Positions 45,801 to 54,002 of a stretch of DNA of 54,002 nucleotides are shown here, piece by piece. The translations under genes were made by a program, and so were the position numbers. The notes under the pieces are model-generated. The model saw only the letters and a list, made by a program, of their open reading frames with translations. It did no database searches and was not told the DNA's origin. The stretch is taken from IMG/VR virus record IMGVR_UViG_3300018481_000027, positions 1 to 54,002 of that record. One strand, 5' to 3'. Source of the stretch: a virus. Taxonomy: Duplodnaviria > Caudoviricetes. Position 1 is the first letter of the stretch, and each line of letters starts with the position of its first letter.

Positions 45801-48730
45801 CCCGTGAGGGCAATCATCATCGAGCCGAGGCCCTTGATGATCGTCATGAAGTCCAGCTCGCCCATCTTCTTGATCGCTCCAGCGATGAACGACAGAGCGA
45901 TCCCCATGAGAATAAGACCGGCGGCGATGAGCGGAAGCGTCGAAGGCATCATGCTGACACCCAGAGCAATCCCACCCAGTGCGTCGACCAGGACGAAGAG
46001 TCCCTTGCCAATCTCGTCCCACGAGAGGCTGCCAAAAGCCATGATCGCGGCAGCGATGAGATTGAGTGCCACGCCAACCAGGATCAGACCAGCCGCGGTA
46101 ACAGGGAGCGTCGGGGGCATCAACAACATGCCCGCGGCAATCGCTGCAAGACCGCCAGCCACTCCGGTCAGACCCTTCCCGATGTCCTCCCAGCTCATGG
46201 TGGCGAATATCTTCATCGCCGCCGAGAGGATGAGTACCGCGGTAGCCACACCGATCAGACCGGCCGCAATGACCGGGAGCTGCAAGACTCCCATCTTGCC
46301 CATGCCGGTGGTCATCAACTTCAGGGCGCCCATGAGCTCGGCGAGACCAATGGCCACAGCGGTCATCGCCTTGGCCATCTTATCCCCATCGATGGTGGAG
46401 AGAACGTAGATACCGGCCGCCAGAATCGCGATAGCTCCAGCGATGGCCAGCAGAGCTTCGGCGTGAAGCTTGCTCTGCATAGCTTCCATCTTTCCGGTGA
46501 AGCTGCCGATCAACTCGTTGACTCCCCCGAGGGATTCGCTGAGTGAACCGAGAACACCTCCGCCGCCCAATGCCTTCTTGAGCATGATGAATATACCACC
46601 AATGAACCCCGTCTGCAGAGCTTGCAAGGCAGTATTGAAGTCGAAGTTCTCGAACGCCTGAGCGAGAATATCGCCGAGACCCTTGAGCTTCTCGACCACG
46701 CCGGAGAACCACGGTTCGAGGACATTCTTAGCCGCCTCAAACGCGCCGACCAATTTCTGCCAAGCGTTCTTGACGTTCATGACCAGCCGCTCAACCGGCG
46801 TGAGCACCTTGCCAAACTTCAGAAGCTCTTCCCGCCTGTCCATCAACGGACGAGTATCTTCACCGCCGCCACCGAACAGGCTGGCAAAGGCTGAGGCGAG
46901 ATTCTGAATAACCCGCAGCGGAGCTTGGAGAATTGCCGAGAGACCGTTGAAGAATCCCTCGAGCAACCTGCCTTCGACCAGAGCATCCCGGATCGATACC
47001 ACGAAGTCCGCGATGTTGGCGACGAATTCCAGGAATCCGCCGGAGCCTTTTCCGACTACGCCAAGGAGGTCACCGATAACTCCAGCCAACTGCTTGATGA
47101 TCTCCCAGCCGATGTCGACGACTGCGAAGAGCCCCGCAAATATCCGCTGAAGCCGGTCCAACAACTCTGGAGACGGCGTCAGCTTTGACATCAACTCACC
47201 AAACGCCAAGGTGAGATCGAACAGTTGAGCGCTGGTCGTCGGCGGGAAGATCTGCCGGAAGCCGTCCTTGACGGCACTGAGAACCTTCGACAGATTGTCC
47301 CAGGCGATGGTAATGCCGTCGATGAGGGCCTGTCGACCCCCCATGTCGCTCCAACCCTTCAGGAGCTCGTTACGGGCATCCGACGTCTTGTTGACGAACC
47401 CGTTGATGAAGTTCGACATCGCCGTGAAGGTCTTCTTGGCCTGCTCGAAGTCACCGAAGACCAGCTCGAACGTCTTCGCCCACCCGGAACCGATCGTTTC
47501 CCGAGCAATATCGAAGACCTGCGAGATGTTCTTGACCTCGGTGGCCGCAGCCTTGGCCGTCTTGGCCTGCTGCATGATCGCCTTGGCCTGATTCGCGCTG
47601 AAGCCCTGAGCGATGAGATCGGCTTCCTTCATGTCGCCCGTGAAGTTCTTCAGCGTGGTCGTGAGAACCTCGGACGTCAGCCAGGACTCTTCGCCCGGCT
47701 TGGCCATGATGGAGTTGCGGAAATTCTCGCCGTTGATCGTGGCCTTACCGGTGGCCTTGTCGATCTTGACGGCGCCCTTCTCGATTGAGCCCATGGTCTC
47801 GGCCGTACGCATGAGCGCCTTCTGGAAGACGGCACCACCCATACCAGCGTTGACCACTGAGTTCCAGTCCTGAAGACCCACCCGACCCGCGGCGATGGCC
47901 TGAGACAGCTGATACATGGCTGTGGAGGCCTGCTGTGAGTTCGAGCCCGAGAGCGCCGCAAGGTTCGCAATACCCTTGATCGACTGGGTTGAAGTCTCGA
48001 GATCCACACCGGCGGCCGTGAAGGTACCGATGTTCTTCGCCATCTCGGAGAAGTTGTAGATCGTCTGGTCCGAGTACTCGTTCAACTCGCCCAGATGCTG
48101 TTTGACCGCTTCCAGACCCGAGACCTGCTGACCCTCGGTGTTAGCGAGAATCGTCTGGATCGAGCTGAGATTGGTCTTGTACTCCTCGAAACCCTGCTGT
48201 GCCGGACCGAGAGCGAACGATTTGGCGAAAGCGGCGCCCTTCATCGCTGCCTGAGAAGCGATGTTACCCAGCGCCACTGTGGCGACACCCTGGAGCATGG
48301 TGAACTTGTTAGCGACGATGTCCAGCGCCGAAGTCAGACCCCTCAGCTCGACCTGTTGAGAAGCCTTCTCGATATCGCTGAAGGTCGAACCAGCACCGAG
48401 CTGATCAAGCTTGGCCTGAGTTTTATCAATCGCCTTGCCCGTACCTTCGAGCGTGACCTTGTTGCTGGCCCTCTCGATCTCGCTGAACCCGTCAGACGAG
48501 CCCTTGCCGAATATGCTGAGCTTGGCCTTGAGCTTGTCCAGCGCCGACATGGGGCCTTGAAGGGTGACCTTGTTGGCCGCCGCTTCGATGTTCGCCAGTC
48601 CTTGGGTCGAACCGATGTTCTTGATCGCCACATCCAGCTTGCCCAACGTCGTCATGGTCTGCGCCACGCGCTGTTCGAAAACCTGATTCTCGAACGCCAT
48701 TGAGACGACACGCTCATCGATGGTCGGCAC
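42872..48730 (-). CDS. tape measure protein
   Basis: about 1950 aa, Ala/Gly/Leu-rich helical repeats, LNEYSDQTIYNF, three I(H/K)SPS-type motifs. Confidence 0.95.
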   Translation of the reverse strand: MPTIDERVVSMAFENQVFEQRVAQTMTTLGKLDVAIKNIGSTQGLANIEAAANKVTLQGPMSALDKLKAKLSIFGKGSSDGFSEIERASNKVTLEGTGKAIDKTQAKLDQLGAGSTFSDIEKASQQVELRGLTSALDIVANKFTMLQGVATVALGNIASQAAMKGAAFAKSFALGPAQQGFEEYKTNLSSIQTILANTEGQQVSGLEAVKQHLGELNEYSDQTIYNFSEMAKNIGTFTAAGVDLETSTQSIKGIANLAALSGSNSQQASTAMYQLSQAIAAGRVGLQDWNSVVNAGMGGAVFQKALMRTAETMGSIEKGAVKIDKATGKATINGENFRNSIMAKPGEESWLTSEVLTTTLKNFTGDMKEADLIAQGFSANQAKAIMQQAKTAKAAATEVKNISQVFDIARETIGSGWAKTFELVFGDFEQAKKTFTAMSNFINGFVNKTSDARNELLKGWSDMGGRQALIDGITIAWDNLSKVLSAVKDGFRQIFPPTTSAQLFDLTLAFGELMSKLTPSPELLDRLQRIFAGLFAVVDIGWEIIKQLAGVIGDLLGVVGKGSGGFLEFVANIADFVVSIRDALVEGRLLEGFFNGLSAILQAPLRVIQNLASAFASLFGGGGEDTRPLMDRREELLKFGKVLTPVERLVMNVKNAWQKLVGAFEAAKNVLEPWFSGVVEKLKGLGDILAQAFENFDFNTALQALQTGFIGGIFIMLKKALGGGGVLGSLSESLGGVNELIGSFTGKMEAMQSKLHAEALLAIAGAIAILAAGIYVLSTIDGDKMAKAMTAVAIGLAELMGALKLMTTGMGKMGVLQLPVIAAGLIGVATAVLILSAAMKIFATMSWEDIGKGLTGVAGGLAAIAAGMLLMPPTLPVTAAGLILVGVALNLIAAAIMAFGSLSWDEIGKGLFVLVDALGGIALGVSMMPSTLPLIAAGLILMGIALSFIAGAIKKMGELDFMTIIKGLGSMMIALTGIGIAMWLMPPNMVAIGAGLILVGIGLSAIGKAIEIMGGISIWGLIKGLTALGLTLGILAVGLIFMQGTLGGSVALLAAAAALAILAPTLAFMGQLKFSTIFKGLMAIALVLGTLALVGALAAAPLSALGVALLPLAGAFVVTAGAVFLFAKALSLLGADGGKGVAVMVTALTAFVALIPTLVIEFVKGLLSIVDQLTELLPKVVVALGVIIDTIILFLIENAPKLAIAIGILVDSIVQVLIENVPKLIATGVTLLMGFLNGLSQNIGAITTKVAEIITKFLQALTAQAPAVIKAGADLLVTFLQGVAQNVGRIVESVGKIITTFLNAVTRQIPKVTAAGVRLIVGFLNAIAQAVPRFIRAGTNIILGFLDGIQKAIPRLVTKGLAVARAFMNGIADGMVGLADIGFKAVIRLLNGLERSIRENDDVLIKAGKGVGDAIVDAIAKAISEGGGAIKDAIVDVMGGAVDKAKNFLGIKSPSKVFMDIGVMTMVGFQKGLEKQAPATKKAVDNSFGASGKGFVGLVKSVLGVHSPSTVMEEIGQDTMKGFAQGLRGGQADVNRAFKEMNTKLNEAQRGARKAIQENQRILDEERSQAQPDYEAIRAAEAAIARNEEVLRRTESAQRTLIGSLVVQKGKLMGLKGEYDSLTKKLEAAKSALDKLRSDKDQALSSYTDKYSATPTIDKESETMVWDYVDALQAQIDATKSYTETLAALREAGLDDTTYRKLLDEGLAGKEFAERLLAGGETAIAELGTLDKELLAASKTLAENASKELYDAGIQAAKSLVEGLKSERQNLAAEMDFMAKMMVQAIRKRLKMKSPSQIFVEIGRLTMEGLAQGLSEGSASVKTTMANTANNLVDATKSALAKVPSALSGIIDMDPTITPVLDLSTVEKDAQKLSDLTNVVPISAAASFGQASTVSQEVSAAQRVAAEEAAAAGVSFNYEQNNYSPEALSDVEIYRQTRNQLSQVKEGLGLVS

Positions 48731-49116
48731 TACCTGGTCACCTCCTTCCACATGTCGTTCACCATTTGGTCAAATATCGGCCGCATGGCGGGGTTGATGT
48801 AGTCACGCCCTTCGACCCAACCACCGGTGCGGGTGGCGTGGCCGTACTGGAGAATCGCGGCGATCGAGACCCGTCCCGGATCTTCCACATGTCCGTTGTA
48901 CCAGTGGATAGCGAAATATCCCGGTCGGTTGACAATCTCGTAGTACCACGATTCGGAAGTCACAGCTGAATCCACCGGCGTAGCGCTCTTGAGCGCAGTC
49001 ACCCCGATAGGTCCATACTTCTCAAGCACTCGGAACTGCTCCCGGTTCCCCATACGCGTCAAAAATGACAGCGTCTTGTCGAAGGAGCCGCGAGACGTCA
49101 CCTTGATCATTCCCAC
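48730..49116 (-). CDS. HK97 gp10-like tail/neck protein
   Basis: ATPVDS, SWYY, ILQYGHAT..GG.V.G.DYINPA. Confidence 0.75.
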   Translation of the reverse strand: MGMIKVTSRGSFDKTLSFLTRMGNREQFRVLEKYGPIGVTALKSATPVDSAVTSESWYYEIVNRPGYFAIHWYNGHVEDPGRVSIAAILQYGHATRTGGWVEGRDYINPAMRPIFDQMVNDMWKEVTR

Positions 49117-49129
49117 GGCTCCTCCTTTC

Positions 49130-50431
49130 TCAGTCGAGCTTCATCAGGCGAAGCAGTACGACTCCTTTGTCCGAATATGTCAGAGCATCAGAGCCGTAGG
49201 GGAGCTTGCGTTTGGCCCTCGCTCCTCCCCCTCCTCCGGGAACCACGATGATCTGGGAAGGAACAACCACTTCCTCGATCAGTTCACCGGTGTTGTAGTC
49301 GTACGTACGACGAATATCGACCCAGGCTGACGTCTCCTGGCCTTTCCCGTAGACCGTGGTGTCTATGTAGGAGAACGATCCCTTACCGCCTCGGGTAGGC
49401 GGAGTCGTAGAACCCGGGGTTATCGGCGCTCCAGAATGACCAGTACTGGGAACGTTCTTACCACCACGCCCGCCACCGCCGCCCTGACCGATGACTCCGT
49501 TCCAGGTACCGTCAAGACCATTGGCTGTGTTGTTGCTACCGGCAGCTCCTCCTCCAGCCTCGAGTCGATCGCCGACACCGCCAGCGCCACCAGCTCGGTC
49601 TTCTACGAGAACGCCCCCCACCCACTTCACAGCGGGGTTACCACCCTTGCCGCCTGACGCTCGACAAATATCACCGAACGCCGACGCACCGCCATCTCCT
49701 CCTAGCGCTGGCGGGTAGAAGCTGGGATGTGGTTCAGGGTAGCGCTCCTGCGTATCGGGTATATACGATTGATATGGAGAAGGCGTCAACGGGCCGTCGA
49801 CTTGTGTCTGACCGTAACCGGCATCAACCCCCGCTTGACCCACGAGCACCGGACACTCCTCAGGCAGCTCTTCCAGCTCACCAGCCGCTACATGCATTCC
49901 ACCGCCACCGCCTCCGCCGCCGATAGCGCTGGCGCTCGGCGACATATACGGCGTCTTGTAGGTATAGACCGGAAGTAGGTGTGTGGGGTTGTAGTACTCG
50001 ACGTACTGCGCGTGAGTGAACGGCCACCCGTAGTCCACTCCCGGAACTCCACCAACCGGATAGTTGGGGTTTCCCGGAATATAGACCGTGGTGTAGTAGT
50101 CGGTGTAGAAGTTCTTGGGTGGATTCAACTGAGAATCCCAGTAGGCCAACTGTGCAAGGTGCGCGTTCCAGTCCGCCGGAGATGCCACCTCGTAGGTATG
50201 CGCGGTAGGGAATACGATCCCCCCACCTACGCTGCCACCGAGACCCCCTGCGCCACCGATGCACCAGACTTCGTAGTGGGTATACCCGAGGCTGGTATAC
50301 GCCTCCTTCACGAACGGTACTCCATCCTCGAGTAACAGCTCCACAGTAGGTCGCTCGCCGGAAGCGTTGGGATCCGGCAAGGATATGGTCGGGATCGGAT
50401 CTCCGTAACCAGCGAGAAGAAGACGACTCAT
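49130..50431 (-). CDS. glycine-rich minor tail/fibre protein (candidate receptor binding)
   Basis: CIGGAGG, GGGGGGG and GG.GG repeats. Confidence 0.7.
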   Translation of the reverse strand: MSRLLLAGYGDPIPTISLPDPNASGERPTVELLLEDGVPFVKEAYTSLGYTHYEVWCIGGAGGLGGSVGGGIVFPTAHTYEVASPADWNAHLAQLAYWDSQLNPPKNFYTDYYTTVYIPGNPNYPVGGVPGVDYGWPFTHAQYVEYYNPTHLLPVYTYKTPYMSPSASAIGGGGGGGGMHVAAGELEELPEECPVLVGQAGVDAGYGQTQVDGPLTPSPYQSYIPDTQERYPEPHPSFYPPALGGDGGASAFGDICRASGGKGGNPAVKWVGGVLVEDRAGGAGGVGDRLEAGGGAAGSNNTANGLDGTWNGVIGQGGGGGRGGKNVPSTGHSGAPITPGSTTPPTRGGKGSFSYIDTTVYGKGQETSAWVDIRRTYDYNTGELIEEVVVPSQIIVVPGGGGGARAKRKLPYGSDALTYSDKGVVLLRLMKLD

Positions 50432-51063
50432 GCCGGAACCATCGCCAAAAGATCGACAATATCGGGGAGCACGGGATCAGCGTCTTCAGTCCCGTAGATG
50501 AGCTCCTCGATGCTAGTGAGGAGATACTCATCGATGAGACGAGAGTCAAGCGAAATATGACTCGTCGGCCGGATGCCGAACATCGTCGCCGGAGTTCCCG
50601 TCAAGTTGAAGTCGAATGGCTTGAAATTGACGGAATCGCTAATCGTCTCGAACGCCGCGTCGGCCTGGACAGCCAATACGTTGTAGACGATGTGAAGTTT
50701 GTAACCGTGCTCCTGGCCTTCGGTGTCGTTACCGACCAGTGTCCGATAGGCCAGATGGAAGCTTTTTGCGGATTGGTCATGCAGAAATACCCCAGGGGCG
50801 TACTGCGGGTTCCCGAGGAGCCCATCAAGTTCGTCCGGATATGTAAACGCCGAAAGCGTCGCCGCGTATGAACCCGGAATGTGATGGTCAAGATACTTCA
50901 CCCCGTCGAGGTAGTACGACTTGACTTCGCGAGACTTGACCTCGTTGACCGAAGTCAACCCATTCCAAGGAACGGCACCTCCCTCTCGTAGATAGAGGAC
51001 GCCGCGATCGATGCCAGTCTGATACCGGCGGTCACCCACCTTGTCCCACTCAAGTGCGGTCAT
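50428..51063 (-). CDS. second major-tail-protein paralog
   Basis: LEWDKVGDRRYQTGIDRGVLY..PWNGLT..AFTYPDE..GYKLH, collinear with 51773..52660. Confidence 0.85.
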   Translation of the reverse strand: MTALEWDKVGDRRYQTGIDRGVLYLREGGAVPWNGLTSVNEVKSREVKSYYLDGVKYLDHHIPGSYAATLSAFTYPDELDGLLGNPQYAPGVFLHDQSAKSFHLAYRTLVGNDTEGQEHGYKLHIVYNVLAVQADAAFETISDSVNFKPFDFNLTGTPATMFGIRPTSHISLDSRLIDEYLLTSIEELIYGTEDADPVLPDIVDLLAMVPA

Positions 51064-51075
51064 GCGGCCTCCTTT

Positions 51076-51618
51076 CTATCCCTTTGTACCCAACTGCGAC
51101 TTACGTCGGGCGTTGAGTTCTCGGTTGTGAGCGGCGATTTCTCTACGACCCATCTTCTTCGGCTTGGACTGCTTGATGTTGCAGATCCGGATAAGGGTGA
51201 ACAGCCGATTCAAATGCCATTCTTCACACTCGAACGGAATGTGAAACACCGTCATCCAGTAGTAGATGAGCTCTGCCGTGATGACCTCGCGGGAAGCTGG
51301 AGCCCCAGGCTGCTCCGAGAACCAGGTAGCCGTCATCTTGGCTTCGATGTAGGCGTTTACGGCTTCCAGATTCTCTTTAGAAAGCTTGTCCAGAAAATCC
51401 CCCGGGGGGTTTTTGGCCAAAACCATGCACTGAACGTAGTCCAGAACCTCTTCCGGCGTCTTAGTTTCTTTGCCCAAAAAGGGCTTTTCGTGTTTTGACT
51501 CCCATTTTGAAAGGGAAACCAGGGAATGCTCCAGTTGGAGCTCGAAGCCGCCCTCGTCAACGAATTCCTGCTTTTCGTCATCGAATGACTGCGTTCCTCC
51601 AACTGTTATGGTGAGCAT
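51076..51618 (-). CDS. tail assembly chaperone-like protein
   Basis: follows the MTP; LEHSLVSLSKWES, ITAELIYYWM, WHLNRL. Confidence 0.75.
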   Translation of the reverse strand: MLTITVGGTQSFDDEKQEFVDEGGFELQLEHSLVSLSKWESKHEKPFLGKETKTPEEVLDYVQCMVLAKNPPGDFLDKLSKENLEAVNAYIEAKMTATWFSEQPGAPASREVITAELIYYWMTVFHIPFECEEWHLNRLFTLIRICNIKQSKPKKMGRREIAAHNRELNARRKSQLGTKG

Positions 51619-51772
51619 TCCCTGGTCCTCCTTTCATCTTTAGTTGTGCACGCGGTAGTCCGGTTACGACTTCTCCCGCCGCTTCAACAACCCCGGAGAG
51701 TAGTAGGATCGTTTCGACGACACCCCGCGACCTTTACCTGGGAGTCACGACTGCGTGCACATTTGGCGCCGA

Positions 51773-52660
51773 CTAGACCGGGTTCTGGAACGTCCAGCGA
51801 TCGTCGCCGGACAGGTCGAAACCCGCCAGAGCCGTGGCCCGGACCGTTGCCTGCGCTCCCTCGGCGAGAGCGGGCTGGGCACCCGGGGCCCGGTTGGCGT
51901 TGCCGACCTTCCACTGAACGCCGACGACGTTCGGGAGGGTGATGACGCCGGTGGCCTCGACGAACGTCGGCTGGTTGGCCGCGAGAGTCAGGTCGACCTC
52001 GACCACGCCACCCTCGAAGATGGCGATGACCTCGTCGGGGCTGGGCAGACGGGCGTCGTCGACGTCGGTACCGAACAGGATGTCCTCGAGCTGCTCGAGG
52101 GCGTCCGGATCCGACTTGGTGGAGTCGATCGTGAGGACGGAGGTCGGCTTCCGGTCGGTGACCGGGACCGGCGTGGTCGAGAACTCCCACGAAAGCGCTG
52201 CCGCTTCGGGCGAATCGTTGACCGTCGCGTACGCACGCTCCGACGGCGAGGCCTGCGCGCCGTAGATGAGGTGCAGCTTGTAGCCGTGCTCCGTGCCCTC
52301 GGTGTCGTTGCCCACGAGCGAGCGGTAGACCAGGCCGAAGGGACGTCGTCCCTGCTGCCCGACCAGCACGCCCGCGGCGGGCTCGTCCGAGCCGTCGTTC
52401 TGGCCGAACTCGTCCGGGTACGTGAAGGCCTCGATCGTGCCGCCGAACTCCTCGGCCGAGATGAGGTTCACGTAGACGATGTTGTCCGCGTACTGCTTGT
52501 TCGACTCGGCTCCCGAAGGCGACTCCGTGACGGTCGTGAGACCGTTCCACGGAACGCCGTCGACGAACTGGCCGTTCTCGTCGATCTGGTAGAGGACACC
52601 GTGGTCGACGCCGGTCTCGTAGAGACGCTCGCCCACCTGGTCCCACTGCAGGACTGTCAT
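51773..52660 (-). CDS. major tail protein with a C-terminal Ig-like domain
   Basis: WDQVGERLYETGVDHGVLY, YADNI.Y, EAFTYPDEF. Confidence 0.9.
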   Translation of the reverse strand: MTVLQWDQVGERLYETGVDHGVLYQIDENGQFVDGVPWNGLTTVTESPSGAESNKQYADNIVYVNLISAEEFGGTIEAFTYPDEFGQNDGSDEPAAGVLVGQQGRRPFGLVYRSLVGNDTEGTEHGYKLHLIYGAQASPSERAYATVNDSPEAAALSWEFSTTPVPVTDRKPTSVLTIDSTKSDPDALEQLEDILFGTDVDDARLPSPDEVIAIFEGGVVEVDLTLAANQPTFVEATGVITLPNVVGVQWKVGNANRAPGAQPALAEGAQATVRATALAGFDLSGDDRWTFQNPV

Positions 52661-52676
52661 GCTCAGGGGCTCCTTT

Positions 52677-52979
52677 TCAGAAGTAGACGCTGAAGACGTA
52701 GTGATTGAGATCGTCAGACGGGAAGAAACGCTCGAAACTGCTGTACTTCAACGCTTCCACCACGTCTGCGAGCTCGGTATCGGGATCTCGATCGATCACC
52801 GTGACCTGGTACCGCTTGGCGTGACGATACAGCTCGTTGTCCGCGTGGTCGTTCAAACTTCCGTTCCGTTCATACCTGATGCACGGATACTCCATTCGGA
52901 AGTTCTCCGGAGGCTGGAAATAGACGTGCTCCGTAATCCCTTCGAGAAGGGTTTGGAGCTCAACCCGGGGTCGGGCCAT
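52677..52979 (-). CDS. tail terminator
   Basis: VYFQPP...YPCI.Y, Y.VTVIDRDPD; position. Confidence 0.75.
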   Translation of the reverse strand: MARPRVELQTLLEGITEHVYFQPPENFRMEYPCIRYERNGSLNDHADNELYRHAKRYQVTVIDRDPDTELADVVEALKYSSFERFFPSDDLNHYVFSVYF

Positions 52980-53286
52980 TGTACACCTCCCCCAGGTGAA
53001 GAATAAGGCGGGGAGCCTGGATCTCGACGTCAGTCACAGACCAAAGCTGCCCCGCCCATTCCACGTATCTGATGGCGAAGAAATGCTCACGTGCGTAAGC
53101 ATCGCCCACGATGCTGATCGAATTACTGACAGAGAGATCCCTGTTCAGGTTCTCTCCTTGTCGCAGAACTCTCCTATTTTGAATGACATCTCCATAGAAG
53201 ATGTGTTCCACGACAACGTCAGTATGAACGCCCGGCTTGGACTCGGTAGTCTCGCCGAACCCGACCCGTCCGTGGAACCTCGCCAT
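52960..53286 (-). CDS. head-tail connector/stopper
   Basis: ISIV.DAYA, IRYVEW.G..W.V..V...PRLIL; position. Confidence 0.7.
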   Translation of the reverse strand: MARFHGRVGFGETTESKPGVHTDVVVEHIFYGDVIQNRRVLRQGENLNRDLSVSNSISIVGDAYAREHFFAIRYVEWAGQLWSVTDVEIQAPRLILHLGEVYNGPTPG

Positions 53287-53301
53287 GGTCAGCTCAGCGA
53301 A

Positions 53302-54002
53302 CTACGCGCCAGCCGTGCCGCGGAAGGTCCACTCGTCCTCGACGTTGTTGTCGAAGAAGTAGCCCGCGTTGGAGACGGCGTAGATCGTGAGGTCCACGCC
53401 CTCCTCGACCGTGTACGGCGAGCCCGCGGCGGTCACGGCCGCGTTGGTGTCGCCGCGCCGGTAGGTGACGCCGGTGGTGTCGGTGATCGTGATCGTCGAC
53501 GCGTCCGGGTCGAACTCCGGTTCCGCCGGGGTGGCCTTGCTGGCGCCCGCCGCGGCCTGCTTGATGACCAGTGCCGACCGGATCTTGGTGAGGGCACCGC
53601 TTGCGCGGGACTCGATCAGGTACTTGTACTGGTTGTAGTCGATGTCGAAGTCATCGAAGAACGAGACCTCGCCACCGCGGTCGGCGCCGACCGTGTAGTC
53701 CTGCAGGTTGACGACGATGCCGACCAGGTCGGGCTCGTCCTCCATGACCTCGACGGTCACGACCTTGGACACGCCGAGCTCGGCGGCCAGGTCGGTTGCC
53801 GTGCGGTAGAAGCGGCGGCCCTGCGTGTCGCGGGCGAGCAGCATCTGGGTCATGACCGGCAACGTCGTGTAGAACGTCGGCAGGCTCGAGCCCTTGTAGA
53901 ACCGCATCGACTCGAGGATCTTGTCGACGAGGTCCGTCTTGCGCAGATCGCCGTCGACGTCGATGGTGATGACCGCGGCGTAGAGGTCGTCGTCGTTGAG
54001 GA
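53302..54002 (-). CDS. major capsid protein, C-terminal part (truncated by the window edge)
   Basis: YKGS..PT, IVVNL.DY.VG..GG....FDDFDIDYNQYKYLIE.R.SGAL; the frame is open to the window edge. Confidence 0.85.
   Translation of the reverse strand, partial: LNDDDLYAAVITIDVDGDLRKTDLVDKILESMRFYKGSSLPTFYTTLPVMTQMLLARDTQGRRFYRTATDLAAELGVSKVVTVEVMEDEPDLVGIVVNLQDYTVGADRGGEVSFFDDFDIDYNQYKYLIESRASGALTKIRSALVIKQAAAGASKATPAEPEFDPDASTITITDTTGVTYRRGDTNAAVTAAGSPYTVEEGVDLTIYAVSNAGYFFDNNVEDEWTFRGTAGA

Noticed and set aside
51063-51618. Programmed frameshift in the tail assembly chaperone
   Set aside because: Single ORF with no overlapping second frame; the next gene has its own RBS
1-54002. Prophage or lysogeny module
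   Set aside because: No integrase, att site, divergent repressor or flanking host genes within the window

Overview
The window is about 54 kb of a tailed siphovirus-type actinobacteriophage genome, with essentially all genes on the minus strand. Read from the right end, it holds the C-terminus of the major capsid protein, the head-tail and tail module (two major-tail paralogs, chaperone, tape measure, Dit, Gp37-like), a holin and membrane cluster, and a long accessory region of small genes. These are followed by a fused helicase-primase-exonuclease-PolB replicase, SSB, host-like genes (mIHF, ArsR, Rpf-like transglycosylase, HAD phosphatase, Phd-like antitoxin), an SF2 helicase, an AT-rich iteron-like region, nucleases and a 962-aa protein near the probable genome end. 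The main finding is a candidate self-contained transcription system. (1) The 962-aa protein carries two-barrel RNA polymerase motifs of the YonO/eukaryotic RdRP type (QVR..KG, RFP, GADFDGD, HS...D..K) fused to HTH domains. (2) There are 18 copies of a non-canonical promoter, TTCGCG-N14-(T/C)NTA(A/G)T, with an invariant 14-bp spacer. (3) Many copies abut terminators with a conserved ACACGG, forming arrays of one-gene cassettes. (4) Four of the promoters drive ORF-less structured small RNAs. Also seen are two large structured non-coding regions and a strongly strand-polarised ATATTT hexamer. All calls come from reading motifs by eye; no searches or folding programs were run.
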